Positions 21,909 to 36,228 of a stretch of 64,000 nucleotides of DNA are shown one piece after another. This stretch comes from Pelomyxa schiedti (lineage: Eukaryota > Protista > Evosea), in NCBI GenBank assembly GCA_020536535.1, contig JAHLWZ010000800.1, forward strand, positions 62,001 to 126,000, in the 5' to 3' direction. Position 1 is the stretch's first letter. The number at the start of each line of letters is the position of its first letter. A model generated the notes under the pieces. That model made no database searches, was not told the DNA's origin, and saw only the letters and a program-made list of their open reading frames with translations. A program made the translations under genes and the position numbers.

Positions 21909-24900
21909 TTAGTGTGAGTTCGCACTAATTCTTTGGGTTTGGGTGTCGTAGTACAGCCAGAGCTGTTTCATAAAGGAATTATTTGGGCACACAATTGGCC
22001 TTACAGTTCTCAGATACTCCAGTGCCTTGTCTGGTGCGATGTTTTGCACAGCAATGAGATAGGCACAAGCAATTGTAGCACTACGAGACACTCCTGCAAA
22101 GCAGTGAACAAGACAACTGCCGCCACTCCGAACAGCCTCACTGATGAACTCCACACAGCTGGAAAATGACTGAGCCAGCTTCCTAGCCTGTAGTTCCTTG
22201 TCTTCATCTGCAGCATTCAAGATTTTGTAGCGGAAATCTTTTGGGAAGTAATAGTCGGGCATTACGGCAGCACAATTTAAAATATGTGTTATTCCTGTTG
22301 GTGTGTTAGACGAGGCCCGAAGTTTCTGTGTACCTTTCAGTTTAAGAGAACTTTTGCAGGATGCAGCCCTTATGTTTCCAATGTAAACATTAGGGCAAAA
22401 CTCCTGGGCATAACACGAAAATTGAGAATCATTGATCTGGTGAAGCTTAAATTTTCGGGGTACTCAATGGAAAGAATACCTGAGGGACATCTTGAAGGTA
22501 TTTTGGGACAACTATGATTGGATTCAGTGATACATCAAGTGGGGTCATTTTCCTCAAAGCACTAATGCCACAAGATGCAAGCGTATCTTGTGGTGGAGAC
22601 TCTGTTAGGTTTGCCTCCACAAGTGGATCAAACTCGGAAATGTCGTTTGAGTGGAAACTGACAGAGGAAAGTCCTGGGAAATAAAATTAGACAAGTAAAA
22701 GAAATAGGTATTAACCAACCTTGTAATGCTAAGGTTGCAATAATCTTTGTTGGGAACACACGAAATAAATTATGTGATAAATCCAGAGTAGTCAACGAGC
22801 ATAGTTGGGTGATGGTTGTTGGAAGAGTTGTTAGCTTGTTGTTTTCCAGTAATAACTGCGTCAGGTTTTTGAGCCCACAGACGTGGCTTCCAAGCACAGC
22901 AATGGTGTTGTGCGACAAGTCCAGTTCACGCAACATTGTCAAGGAGAATATCTCACTGGGCAATTCTCTCAAATGGTTTCTCTGCAGATTAAGGATTGTT
23001 ATACGAGATAGGCACTTAATTGCTGACGGTGGAATTTCCGTGATAAGATTTCCAGCTAGACTCACAAACTGGACAGAGGGTGGCATGCAGCAGAAGGATT
23101 CATTTGTAAGTCGATTGTCGTTTAATTTGAGTGTATGAAGTGCTGTGTGAGTGCGAGAAATGTCAGGAAAATGTGAAAGTGAGTTTCCCCCAAGAACAAG
23201 GGTTCTCAGGTTTGTGGCAGAAACCACAATATCACATTCAGTGAGTTCATTACAGCACGCATTGAATTCACACAGGTTTGCAGCGAATGTCCGGAGGCCC
23301 TCCAGAGAGGTTAATTCGTTTGCTTGCATATTAAGTGACGTGAGTGCAGTGAGTTGTGATAGTTCATGTGGTATGGTTTTAAACGAAGCTCCTTTGAAGT
23401 TCAAAGATTTGAGGGAAGTCATGAGCAAAACTTCTGAAGGAATAGCGCAGATATCGGAAAAGGATAGATCCACAACTTTCATAGGATCCACAGTCTTTGG
23501 TTTCTTTGGTGGTTTTGTTTTTTCTATATGAAGTTACATTATACGATTTAGGAAATAACTGGGCAGACTTTTATTTGGGCCAACAGAGGGGTGAAACTCA
23601 GAGCGAACAACAAGTGTCATAGCCACGTTTCCTAACGCTATAAGGACTTCTTTTTAAGTGCAGGAAAAAAACCATATCCCCCGGTTCTTGTTAAACGTTC
23701 ATGATAAGTAGTAAGATGGTGAGGCCCATCCTCAGTCCTGTCATGTATGAATTTCGAAAGATTGAATTAGGAAAGGAATACCGATACACAAAGAATTTCC
23801 ACTTAGAATTGGAGTCATCTGGGCCTCGACTCAGGTGTATTGTTGAAAAGTTCTCCAATGTTGTATACGTTCCTGATGCATCATCCACGAATACTACGGC
23901 AGCGTAATGAAAATTGGGGGTATAAAGGCTATGTTATATCTTTAGGTTAAACAGAAGCACAACCAACACTTACTTGTGATCCAGGGGCACTTTCCGATTC
24001 CACTGTTTGCTTAAAATGGCAGGAAAGGTAACCTAAAACGGGTGAGTTCGATTTTTTAACTTCCAAGTTGCGCAGACCAGTGCATCTCCAGCTTTTGGAC
24101 AAGCAAACTAAATAGAGATCAGTAGTTACTGAAAGTAGGTGTGCAAGGACCTCATTTATTCCAAATTTTCGAGAGAAATCACATAGACTTCCAGAGATGT
24201 AATGACTCCCGTATAACCCCCACAATTCCTTAAGTTGCTCCGTCACACTACTTTGTATTGAAGCAGTTAAAGACTCCGGAGCAACTTCAACAGCCTCACA
24301 TGTGGGTGTGGGAGGCGCTGAAACTCGATGAAGGGAAGTAAGGTCAAATGAACGCAAAGTAGAAAGAAGATCCGCCCGAGAGGTGTCCTTTCCAACTGTA
24401 TTTTTGCTACTTGGTGCTGGAGTGCATTTTTGCTGAGCAGATAACATAGACAAGAGGTCTTCTGAGGCAGTGTTCAACAAAGCACAACCCAAACGTTGGG
24501 CTAGATTCAAGTTTGTTTGTTGCCCAGTTTCCACTTGCGTCTCGTTGCTGGCCGCAATTGGAATAATGATGTCATTCAAAAATGGAACCGCCACACCACA
24601 AATCGCGTCGCTGTCAAGCAAACCCCCGCCGCAAACAGCGGAGCACACCCGGGCGCAATCTGTCCATAGAACCATACGGGGTAGAGTTGCGTGCAAGCAA
24701 CCAAGCCCGTCAGCTGCCGACGCACAAGCAGCCGCATGAGTGCTGTTGGCAGAATCTAGTGCAGCGTGGTACGTACTGAAGCGGGCCAGAGATTCCCGCA
24801 GCCTTGCTCTCCTCCCCCTCACCGTGCTTGCTGCCTCATTTTCCCCGCTCCTGATCGCCGACCCCGCAGACGCGCTGGCGGCGTTCGGCAGCCCAGTTTC

Positions 24901-25347
24901 CTGTGCCGAAGCCGAGACGGCAGCTGCGGCCGTGGATCTTGCTGGTGCGCCTTGGACGGCGGCGGCGCCGCAGTCGGTTGGCACCGAGAGCGAGGCGCCG
25001 CGCTTTCGTGTCGGCGACGGCCGCCACAGCGGCACTACGCGACACAAGTTTGTGGTTGTGTCGCCTTCAGATCTGCCGTTGTTGCTGCACGCGCAGCACG
25101 CGAACGAGACCCTGGACCCCATGAAGTCCAGAGAACGCTGGCATCTACCCACGACCCCGCGGTCCACATACAACCCATCGTCGTCGCCGCTCGTTGGTTC
25201 GCTAAGTATCATCTCTCTCAGCCCCTTGGTTGTTTTTTTTAGTTTCTCTTTGTTGTTTAGGAACATTTCTCCTTGAAATGTCGCATTTCCAGAACTGGAA
25301 AGCCGACCTTTCTTTGAACGGTTAATTAGACGAGTAGATCTTGTCAT
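21909..25347 (-). CDS. Leucine-rich-repeat dual-specificity phosphatase (MPL-like) with a long N-terminal extension; start uncertain
   Basis: LRRs LxxLxLxxNxL across 22628-23491; DSP active site VHCFAGVSRSATIACAYL and VRPIVCPNNSF. Confidence 0.85.
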
Positions 25348-25396
25348 GACTGACGGTGGTGTTGCGTCCGTGGCCACTCCGGCGACAGTACGAGGA

Positions 25397-27487
25397 ATGT
25401 GTTGCGAGGCACATGAATCTTTGCCACCTGTACGTATTAGTACTACGAGATTTCTTTTTTTTTTTTTCTTTTTCCAGCCTGTGGCAACACCGTCGATGGT
25501 GTCAATTTGTATTTTCTTGTTGGAACTTGTCTTTTTGTGAAATAACGACCAGTGCAGGGTTGCGTTGCAAATTTCGGAACTGGGGAATCAGGCGGGGTGG
25601 CGAAGGACAACTGGGCCGTTTTGGTTGCAGGAGAGCACTGGAAATTGGCCACTGGAGAAAGAATGATGGGAAGCAACCACTGCAGCCTGGAATGGGTTGG
25701 CTCAGCGTGCGTTTGGAATGTGATTTAGTACTCAATTGCTGATTTAAGTTGTACTTGAAGGTACGGGCAGATTGTGGACCACTATGGCAGAGACCACGTC
25801 ATTGTAATAGCACAGCTGCAGGAAGTTGGCTTTCCTCTCCACACATGATTAAACCAAAAAACTTTTAACTTCTGGTTTTTCCCCAGACTATACAGTGGCT
25901 AAAGAATGCAATTGCCTCTGGATTACCACTCTTCTCCTCGACATTGTCTGTCGAAGAAAGCAAAGTGAGATGGCAGGCCAAAGTTTGTGATATAAGTACT
26001 GGCTTTATCTCACCTTTCCAAGTTGGACAGACTATTTTACAATTGCAGAAGGTTGTATGATGATGGAGGTTCAGACTACGATGGCTTGGATGTGAATCCA
26101 GCTACGCTAATAGGAGTGCTCCTCGGCAACCCTATTAAACCTGGTACTATTTTTTCCATTAACCTCTCTTTCCAACACCCTTCCTATCTTTATAAGGGCA
26201 CAGGGTTGTCCCACAATCATCACGTGGTAGCTTATTTCTTGCAATTTATTCTCATGGTTCCGATTGTACTGTTAGTGATGACCGTCAGAGAGAGATCGAA
26301 GCTACAATAATTTGTGACACTTGTGGTAGAAAACATGAGCCCAATATGCAATACGACCATTATCATTGCTCTCTTGTGTGCCCATCATTCAGTTTTCTTT
26401 CTGTAATATATTTTATAGGGAACAAGGGAATGGTATTTCCATATGCCACACCCTTCTCCTCCAAGTTTGTATGGTATACTCCTTTTTTTTCCTTCTTCAA
26501 CTTATTTTACTCAAAGACCTTGGAATTTCGTTGCCAAGCCAAAGTCCCTATACGAAAGTTTTTTGGCAGCAGCTATTCCAAGTGTACCACCAGCTCACTG
26601 CTCAAAATCCCCATCGCCCCATTATTGGCGTTATGAACTTCTGTATGAGTGGGGGGACAATCAAATTCTGGAATCGCCCCTCCTATAAGAAATATTGTAA
26701 AGTAGATTCTTGGCCTCTTTGTAATGCCTGCCGAGCCTTTTTATAATGCTGACGACTTCAAATTAGTCATCTGTTGCAGTAGCAAGGAAACAAAGTTTTC
26801 TACAACAGGAAGCTTATTTGAAGCATGGTTTCATTGCCTCTCGCGATTAATACGAGATGACACTTTAACTTTGGGAGACTTCTATGGCGAAGTGGTTTGT
26901 GTCACTCTGATCTAAGCAACCTCCAACTCTTGGCAGGAAAACACATACTGGGCTAATAATTCTGAGATTATAGTAGATACTGTATTACAACAGTGGACGG
27001 TACCCCCTGAATTCTATGACCTAATTCAAAACTCTTTGCGCCTAATTGCAAGCAATCTTGCTCACATTGACGAAGCTCAATTGGTTTGAGCCTCCTTCTG
27101 ATTTGATCAACCTAACTCGAGAGTAAAGAATTCTCTGCAAGAGTTGGTACAAAAAGCAGGCGTCACAAAACTCACAATGTGTTTACATTGCAAAAAATTT
27201 ACTGGTCAGAGAGACCAACAGGGGCTATGCTCCACATGCTTTAATGCAGCCAAGTCAGGCCAAATAACTTTCCCTACTCTGGAACCCGCTGAGGTATTAT
27301 TTACCTCCATATCATTGCCGTTCCTCACAGTAACCCACACATATTGACTCAGGCTGTTCCAGATGTGCTGGCAGTGATTAACGCAGCCAAGAACCCTGAG
27401 ACTCAAGACTGTTCCCTGTGTGTACAGTATGGGGGCATTAGTCAAATACAAAACCTTCTTGTAAAAAATATCTTTGGTAACCACTAA
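25397..27487 (+). CDS. Legumain-like peptidase C13 (clan CD) protein with an inserted A20-type zinc finger, multi-exon
   Basis: NWAVLVAG (25612), DYDGLDVNPATLIGVLLG, SLFLAIYSHG (His 26253), IGVMNFCMSGG (Cys 26642), CLHCKKFTGQRDQQGLCSTCF (27177-27243), terminal VQYGG..IFG. Confidence 0.75.
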
Positions 27488-27677
27488 TCCGTCACTATCC
27501 CACAAAACAAGAGTGCAATAAAATGCTTGGCTTGCTATTTTTTCGTACCTACTGCTATTCTAAATTTAATTTGCTAAATTCTATTGCTCCTTCGCAATTG
27601 CCGATCAATTAGCCCTAACGAGAGGCGAGTGACGCTGAAGGCAGTGGTGCGCGCCACTACGAAACGCAGAAACAATT

Positions 27678-30600
27678 ATGGGAATATTTAGCCTCGCTGT
27701 GTGCACTTCTCGTTCTCACAATCAAGAACCAGCAAACAAATTTGCCCCAAACCAACCTAACTGCCACGAAGAAACGCACATCGTCTCTGGGAAAAGTAGT
27801 AGACTTGAACGCAGTGAATAAAGGAGACGAAGTGAGCGTCGTTATTGATGGAGACTCGTTGGTGTATTGGGTATTCACTGAAGCTATTTTTGCTTTGGGT
27901 CCTGATTTTTGGGTCGCTGGCGGACAATATGACACGTGCGTTTGAAAATTTCCTTATTGGTTTTTTTTTGTCTTAGGGGTGAAATATAATCCAATCCTCC
28001 TTATATTGTTTGACTGAACTCAACTGACAAAGATTGCATACGATTATTACACAGTTAGTAAAAGCGTTTGCTAAAAGGAACATTCTTCTTCACGTAATTT
28101 TCGATGGACCTGTTGTATCCTATGAAAAGGTATTACTCTGGTAGCGGTTTTTTCCAATAACACATTACCATAACAGGAGCTCACATTTAAGACACGAAGG
28201 AGCACTGAAATAAGAGCTGTTTCTAGTGTATGGCGCACTCTTCGTAATTCCATTCCTCTTCAAGCGGGATGCCCTGCAATTCCTCATTTATCAAAGGCAC
28301 TCCCTGTGTTAAGAAGAATTTCACACTTTGACACATGTTAGATGCAAATTTATTGGACCCTGAAAAGCTTAGGTGTGCCGACGTATGTTGCTCTCAGTGA
28401 AGGTGACAGAGATGTTGCACAATATTGCTTTTCGAGGTTAATTATCTTCTTGCATCTTTCCATCTTAATAAGCTAAGGCCAAAGTTACTCTATGGCGTTA
28501 TTTCCCAAGTACTTTGCCCCGTTTCAAAGGTTCTCTGACAGTATTCCAGGACTCAGACTACCTTGTTTACAAAATACCCAATTACATCCCTTTTAATAGC
28601 CTGGTTTGTTCTTTCTTTCTCGTTGTATCTCCTCACTTTTTTGATAGAAATTTCATAGTTCTTCGTTGGTATGCAAAGTTATTTCTCCAAAAGAGGTTTC
28701 TGAAAATTACGGCATTCACGTTGATGTATGTAATCAACTTCCAGTGACAATTTCATGTACACCACAAAATAACAGCTACTTCCTGTTTGGGCCTGTATGC
28801 TTGGAAATGATTACTTTGACCGAATCGCGTATGCCCTGCCCTTTGGTTTTTCTCCTTCATTGTTTATGGTTACAAGATCTCTTGGAATTGTGGGGTCAAG
28901 CCAATTTTTAGAGAAGGCCTGTCACTCTAAGAATCTACACCTCTCACAGAGAGAAATTGAAGAAATTGTTACTGCTGTTGCCAATAATTTCGCCAGTGGG
29001 CACGAAAAAGGTTATTTCAGTTTTATTTCAGACCTGTGGTCACTTGTAAATAGAGGGGTTCAAGCGCAAACTTTTTGCTGCTCTTATGCAGTACTATTAT
29101 GCCTCCAATTTGACAGTGGGAGAAAATGTTATTTCCCTCTACGAGGCGGAAGAGTGTTACCTATCCAAATGCACCCGAAGATTGCCACCAAAAACCCCTG
29201 AAACTGAAACAACACCAGTTAGTGATAGCAATGCGGTATGCGCATCCCCAGAAGGAAAAAATGTACCGTCAGAGGTGAATATTTTGCCTCAAGCTCCTTC
29301 CGAGTGCACTGTGCACTCGCAAGTAGTTGAATCCACCTCCAAGGATCAAACACCCCCAACTACTGTATCAGATTCCGCAGCTAGTCAGAGTACTGTCACC
29401 AGTGCTCCTGTAATTTCACCATCAAAATCGAAGAAGAAAAAGTCAAAGAAAAAAAAATCAAATATGGACTTCTCATCTCACATAGACACAAAGCAGCATG
29501 CTCCTCACATGTTGAATGTACCACACGGTAAGTGTGCACTTTCATTTACAATGTTAACATGCTGCAGAAATACTGGAAGTGCTGCCTAATACAATTTACC
29601 TTAGAAGAACAGTTGAAGCTGCCTGCTTTCAAAGAGTATTTTGTCGTGTACTGAACCACAGTGAACATTCTCGTGTTCCCTCTCCCTGGCTTCTTACCCG
29701 ACCTATAAGAAAGCGTCTTTATGGCGTGTTACTGCCACCAACTGGAAGTGTGTCCCTTAAAAAGAATATACCAATTCTCATTACAATGAAAAGAGCCGGT
29801 GGTTGAATGGTCACAGGATGCATCTGTAGAATATTCTTCTGCGTCTGTGCATCCTTATAAAGAAGTTCATGGCACACCTCTACCTCCCATTGGAGATATT
29901 CTTGTGCTTCAGCCCACTGATTCAAAGCGCTTTTCTCTTTTTTGGTTACTGATGGGAGTCAAGTCCCCAAATGTTTCTATTCCCGGTCCACTTGATAATG
30001 TGTGGCTCCTATGTGTATGCAGGTGTTACTATGAAAATCTGAGGAGGAAACATTTACCCTAACATGCAGTGTTCTGGTTTGTGCTATTTCATCCCTGTCG
30101 CAACCCCTTCTGTCAGAATGGGAATTTGATGCGTTGGTTTCTTATTTTGTATCACTGCATGAGTCTCCCGAGCCCTCAATTCCCATTACCAATGTCAGTA
30201 AACATGTATTTTAATTCCTCTGATGACACCTAATAGCTTCTGGTACATTTCATGGGTGACTACCAACAAAACGATACAAATCCTACCACCCTAGAAGTAG
30301 TAAGACCACCACACCTCAATGCACCTTTGAATAACAGTGATGATACAAGCAACCAGCACTATCACCACAACCCCCCATCACGCAGACACAAGAAAACCTC
30401 CACCATTCCCGTAGTTCAGCCACCCTACTTATCGTATTGCCTTACGGGGACATACCTTCCACTTCACAAGAAGTATTCACAACGCGATCAGCACCCCACG
30501 CGGACAGTACTTACGCGAGCAGTTCACCTCCTCAATGTAGTGCAGGTCCTGTGTGACCAATGCTTAGAGATAATTCAACTGTGTTGGGCACCCACGGTTG

Positions 30601-31023
30601 TACCAGGGATGCCCGGACCTCACCAGTTGATCAATGGACTGGCCTGGCAGAAATCCTACCAAGAAAGGCTACTGGCACATTCGCTTGTATGCCACCTTTT
30701 TCTCCTTCACCCTTTTAACAGCTTCTCAGGGGACTGAGGCCGAACTTCCACTCTCAGCTGCCGCAAGAAATATCAAGAACCTAGTTCTCTCCTGCATCCC
30801 ACAAGCACCAGTATTCCTACGGTACAGTTCATCAGACTATGATACCACAACTACAACTGCATCAACTTCCACTTCCACTTCAACTACAGCTACCACTTCT
30901 GATGAAGATAGCACAACAATTCAAGAACAAGAGCCCCAGCCCAGCAAACCAGAAGCTGAAGAAACGAACCAGCCGCAATTAGGAGAAACTCCACCCGCCG
31001 ATCACTCACCCGAGGAACCTTGA
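27678..31023 (+). CDS. Asteroid/FAM120-like XPG-family PIN-domain protein, multi-exon
   Basis: MGIFSL start, VVIDGDSL, GGQYD, VIFDG, EGDRDVA, QDSDYLVY, MLGNDY, IRKRLYGVLL. Confidence 0.88.
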
Positions 31024-31169
31024 GGCGAAACTTCCTCAGGGTTTGACACCACTTCCCTGCGTGGTCGGATTTGCGTCTGATCCGGGGTTTTGGTTCTTTC
31101 AATCAGACACTCACCCCCAGTTGCTAATTATCGGTACATTTTTTTTCATTTTTTTAATTAAAAACTGGA

Positions 31170-33889
31170 ATGGCAGATCCCGGGTTTCGACGTAGCAGCG
31201 GGCGAGGGGCAAGTAGTGAGTGGTCTTCGACATCTACGTCCGCGTCTGCATCGTCGTCGTCGTCATCATCTTCATCTTTGTCATCTTCGCATGACGACGT
31301 AATCGCTTTGTCGCGGTAACCTTTGCCGCTCGCACTCGCCAACTTGTGCCACCTTTCTTACGTTCTTTAGAGAAGACGCTGCTTTCATCATCGGAACCAG
31401 TGCTACGTGTAAGTTGAAAATAGAGCGCGTGTCCGGTGCCACTCTTATTCTCGACAATTCTCGCGACAACCCCAGACTTACCATCAAGTACTGCATCTAC
31501 TTCTACCTCAAATACCTACACTTTTTTTGTCTCATTCGGCATGACTTCAACGTTAACAGCATAAATAATAATAAGCAAATCATCATCAACACCATTAACT
31601 GTGTGTACGTCGTCATCTTCTTTTCTTCGTTTTCTTCCAAGCATTGTCCTTATTAACCAATCACTTCTTCATCACGGCAGTGTCATTTTTACCCTCACAA
31701 ATATGTATCATCATCAACTTTGCCCTAACCTCTTCACCCTCGTACCCCAACATCCATCAGAGGAGATCGTATAGCCCGCCGACGTGCTAGGAAATACGTT
31801 GACCTAATTTGTCAGCAGCGAGTTGGTCTTGTTCACGTTGATCCAGAGAACAACCACGATGACGACCTTACACTTCTTGAGGTACCTTTGGATTGTGTTG
31901 GTTATGTAACAGGTAACGAGTGACATCTCACTACCGAAAATTAATTTAATTAATTTACTTGGCCTTAGGAACCAAAGGGGCAACAATGAGAAAAATAGAG
32001 GAGGAATGGGATATTCTGTTATTTTTCATCACACATCATACCCTCACCAAAGGAAGCAAGGTTGAAACTCTTGCCATTTTTGGTGATCGGCGTGGGAGGT
32101 ACACTTCTGTTTCTGTTGTGATAGATTGAATAACAACAATGCAGGAGAGGTGCCGAGTTGAAACTCATGTCAGCAATAGAACAGAAACGGCCGGGACACT
32201 ATACCCATAATGCAAAGGATACCACTTGTGATGATGAATGGGGAACAGAAACTCTGCTGATTCCAGCTACAGCCCTGTCCTACATCCTGGGAAAACGTGG
32301 TTCCACAAAGTGCTGTTCATATTGCATCCCTCTCTTGTTAATTTTCTTTTCTAGGAGGAAGATTGCGCATGCATCGGGTAGCATTATTGAATATGTTGGC
32401 AGTGTGGCTTACCTCTCTGGGTACCGTGCTGAAAGACAGCGTGCACGGGAGTATCTATTGTTGTTGATGGAGCAGCGCCTTGGTCCAGTTCATGTTGAGA
32501 CACACAGCACAAGACGTGACTGCACCTATGTGGACATACCGACTGAGTGTGTTGGGTATGTCACAGGTTTGAAGGTTAGTTTCATAATCTGAGTGTTGTC
32601 GTTAACAAAGTGCAGGGTCGTTCTCTCAGGTCAATAGAAGAAAGTACTGACACCTTCTGCTTCATTGATGGTGGCAAGTCAGGCGTACACAGTGATACAG
32701 AAAGGTTACTTATATTCGGCTTTGTGGAGCGGGGGAGAATGCGTGCTCAAGAAATGGTGATGGAGCTGATTAAACAGAAGCTTACCAATGTACTTTAGAG
32801 TGTCAAAATTGTTTCTTATATAAAATACAGGACAGAGAGGCACGAGGTCAATCCTTGTCTGGCTCGTCTGGAGGTCTCTTACCGGCACCAGTGAACACCT
32901 CCTATGCAGAAAAACGTATGAGTCCGCTTTCAACTGCACCTCCTCCGTCCAAGTATGCTCGAGTGGATTCACATGAACGGGATGAATACGATCACTCTTT
33001 CTATGGGGCAGACAGCCGAGACCCAAGATTTATCAGGGACAGAGATGTCAGGGACAGCAGAGAGATCAGGGAGAGAGACAGAGATAGAGACAGGTACCGA
33101 GACCGAGACAGAGAGAGGGACAGAGATGTAAGGGATGCCAGAGATATCAGGGAAAGAGACAGAGAAAGAGAGAGGGAAGTTGATGTGAGGAGTACTTATG
33201 ACCCGATTCGGGAGAGAGAATACCGAGAAAGGGAGTACCGAGAGCGTGAGAGAGAAAGAGTTGATCTAGAGCGATTAAGGGAGAGGGAGCATGATAGAGA
33301 CAGAGATTTGAGGGTTAGGGAACGAGACTTCAGAGAAAGGGAACGTGAGAGGGAGAGAGACATTGGAAGGGAAAGAGATCGATTATACGAGAGAGGTACA
33401 GAGAGGGAACGAGAGGAACTGATTGAAGAAAGAAGCAGGGGTTGGGACAGGGAGAGAGACCAAGAGCGAGTAAGAGGCAGACCTGATCTTGAGCTTGACC
33501 GTGACAATGATCGAGACCGCGACCGTGATCGCGACCGGGAGAATGAGAGACCAGCGGTGATGCCCAGATCCAGGATAGTGGATGTTATGGAGGCTGCAAG
33601 AGAAACTGAGAGGGATAGGCTTGAGAGAGACCGCACTAGCTACAGAGGCGACAGAACCAGCAAAGAGACTGATAAGGATGAAGAGAGGGACTCCTACAAA
33701 ACTAACAAGGATGAGGAAGCTGATGCGGAGCACTCGAAAGAACGCAGCACCAGCAATTCTTCACACACCAAAGTCAAGGACGAAAGTGTCTACACACCCC
33801 CTGAGGATGTATCTCTAGTGAACAACTACACAACAGAGGACACACCACACCCAGCCACAGCCCCACCTCGCCCCAACGATCAGCCTTAA
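31170..33889 (+). CDS. Multi-KH-domain RNA-binding protein with Arg-Asp/Arg-Glu tail
   Basis: KH motifs AAFIIGTS, CVGYVTGTKG, LSYILGKRG, CVGYVTGLKGRSLRSIEE; last exon is RD/RE dipeptide-rich. Confidence 0.85.
33030..33660 (+). repeat. Purine-rich low-complexity repeat encoding RD/RE dipeptides
   Basis: Runs of (GA)n, GACAGA and GAGAGG inside ORF 32855-33889. Confidence 0.9.
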
Positions 33890-36228
33890 CATCGTGCTCA
33901 AAAACTGCCCAGCGCTTCCGTCTTCAGAGAAAATGGAAGAATAAGGCGTTGTTTTTATGGTCTTTACCTCTCGTTAGAGTTTTCCAAGCAACCAGGAGGT
34001 GATGGTGTTTAGTCGGTCCGTGCACAGGTGATACAACATCATCTCCGCAGATGCGCACCAACCCACAATTCATTCGCCCTCCCAGCCACCATAAAATTCC
34101 TGCGTCGCCGAGAAGTCCGTGCTACACCCAGTGCAATACAATAGAACCAATTCCCTGCACCACACTACACCACCGCGACAACGGTACCCCACAACCGCAC
34201 CGTTAAAAAGGAAGATAAAAAGAGAAAAAGCGATGAATTCGTTCCGTAAATTGCGTACGATACCCCATCCGGTGGCTGGGGGTTCTTGGTTGCTGAGTTG
34301 GAGGAAGTGGTTGTGGCCGATTTGAGAGTGTGAAATGGGGCCATGTTTACTGGCCGATTTGAGAGGAGCCATGTTTACTGGCTTTTGGGGAGGAGAAAAA
34401 GTGTACTGATATACCTTGGACACCTTCTTGCAGAGAGTATTTGGGGGGTAAGTATGACACTCGTAGCGCACTGTAGCCATCCATTAGTAGCCGATCTTGC
34501 TTGCTGCCATTGTGTGCATTCCATTTTCTGGTATTGGCTTCAGAACAATGAAAATAATGGAATTGGGGCACAAACCTGGCCTCGGCTCTCCCTTCTCTCG
34601 TACTAGTACGAAACGAACTTCATGATGCACTGTAAGTGACCCCTCTGTAATATGATAAGAATTAATAAAAGTTACTGGCGTGGGGAGTCGTTTAAATAAT
34701 GGACGTAGCGTGTTTAACGAGTTATTGCAGTGCGCAATTTATATTTTAAAGAGCAGATAAACGCGTTATACCTTCTTGAGTTGCACGTAGGTGGTGTTGC
34801 GGCTGCGGTTTCAAGTACGATTTGTTGTTGACACTTGCGATAGTACAGTTGGTGCTCGGGAGTATTTATTTACGTTTTCTGCCGTAGAATGGTTTGCTTG
34901 TATTTAATGGCGTTTGCCTTTCAGAAAGTGACACATTAGCAATTGAACTTAGAAATAGGATAGCCTTTTGGATAGCAGAAATCACAGGACTCGACTGAGA
35001 TGCAGGCTGCACCGTCACACGGACAACACTGCGCCTTGTGGGCACTGCCCCCCACATTGGGTGGTTGATCCCCAAGGGTCCCATCACATACTCCTGAGAT
35101 CTGTACCTGACGAATCTGCAATCATTTTTCGGTGCGGGGCAGAATTGGAGGCGGAGACGCAAAAGGGCCGCGGCTGCCACGTGTGCTTCGATCTCGTGTT
35201 GGCGTGCAGGGGATTGACGCACTGGAATTGGGGCTGTTTGGATGTCCACAACCGCGCGCAGGCAAATTGGTGCGCAATGTACGCAATGTGTCACAATTAT
35301 TTCAATTTCCTCGGCTGGATCTTGTGGCACGCCATGCATGCGGGTGGGTGTGTGGGAGTGAGTGAGTGGGGGAGAACGTAAGATCCCCACAACGACATAA
35401 AGCAAACAGAACAGCGGAGCATCACTATGTCAAGCCTCGTGTTGGGAGTGTTTGTTGAACTCTTGATTGGGAGCGTTACTGTTGTCTTGGAAGACACTGG
35501 TTTGTGCATTTGGTGGTAGGCCGTTGGTGGCGCGTTTTTCACAATTTCTTCAGATTTCCATCCTACAAGTGTCAGTTGACTACCAGGGTATCTTCCACCA
35601 AAAGGGCATCTGCACTCACAGACTGCGGTACACTAACAGGCAGTTGGGGCATCAAAACAACCGAAGCTTCGAAGCCATCAAATTATTGTTCCAATAACAA
35701 CAACAAGACCTTTCTCCTTCTCTACCTTGTGCTACCATTTCCCCAAGGAATACTTGTGGGCACTCAATTATGCTCCCACTCCCTTCCACTCTCGTGTTGA
35801 TGCCTGGTTCCACCAAGTACATCGAGTGAACCATCAGCGAGGAGTGTACACTCTTGCTCGGGTGTCAATGGAAGTCATTGGTACGCGGGAGAGGGCTGCT
35901 TCACGTTTGTCCATTTCACTTACTCAAAAAACAACCTTCCAAAGGTAATGCATTCTCATCTGAGGGGGGCATATCTGGATCAATGGGCGGTGATTTTTTT
36001 TCCCGATCAAGTTCCTGTAAACGGCTCTGCCCCGTTTTTTTGGGCGGTGATCCAGTCAAAAAGCTGTGAAAAATCACTGCCCAGGGCGGTGATAAGTGGT
36101 TTGCACCTAGCTGTTATTCCTCACTGCAAAAGGCCTGGTCTTGCTTATTTGTCCCTGTGTTACTGGGTATAATAGTGAAGATCTTGTTCTTGTACTAAAG
36201 ACAAGAAAAAAAAATTGGTTGTTGCATA

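Noticed and set aside
33196-33733. Minus-strand SR/SL-rich ORFs
   Set aside because: Antisense of the RD/RE repeat exon.
33900-35960. Gene-sized gap with scattered ORFs (34070-34480, 34866-35405, 34968-35381) and a short duplication GCCATGTTTACTGGC near 34340/34368
   Set aside because: No motif or consistent exon chain found. May be decayed sequence beside the transposons, but no call can be supported.
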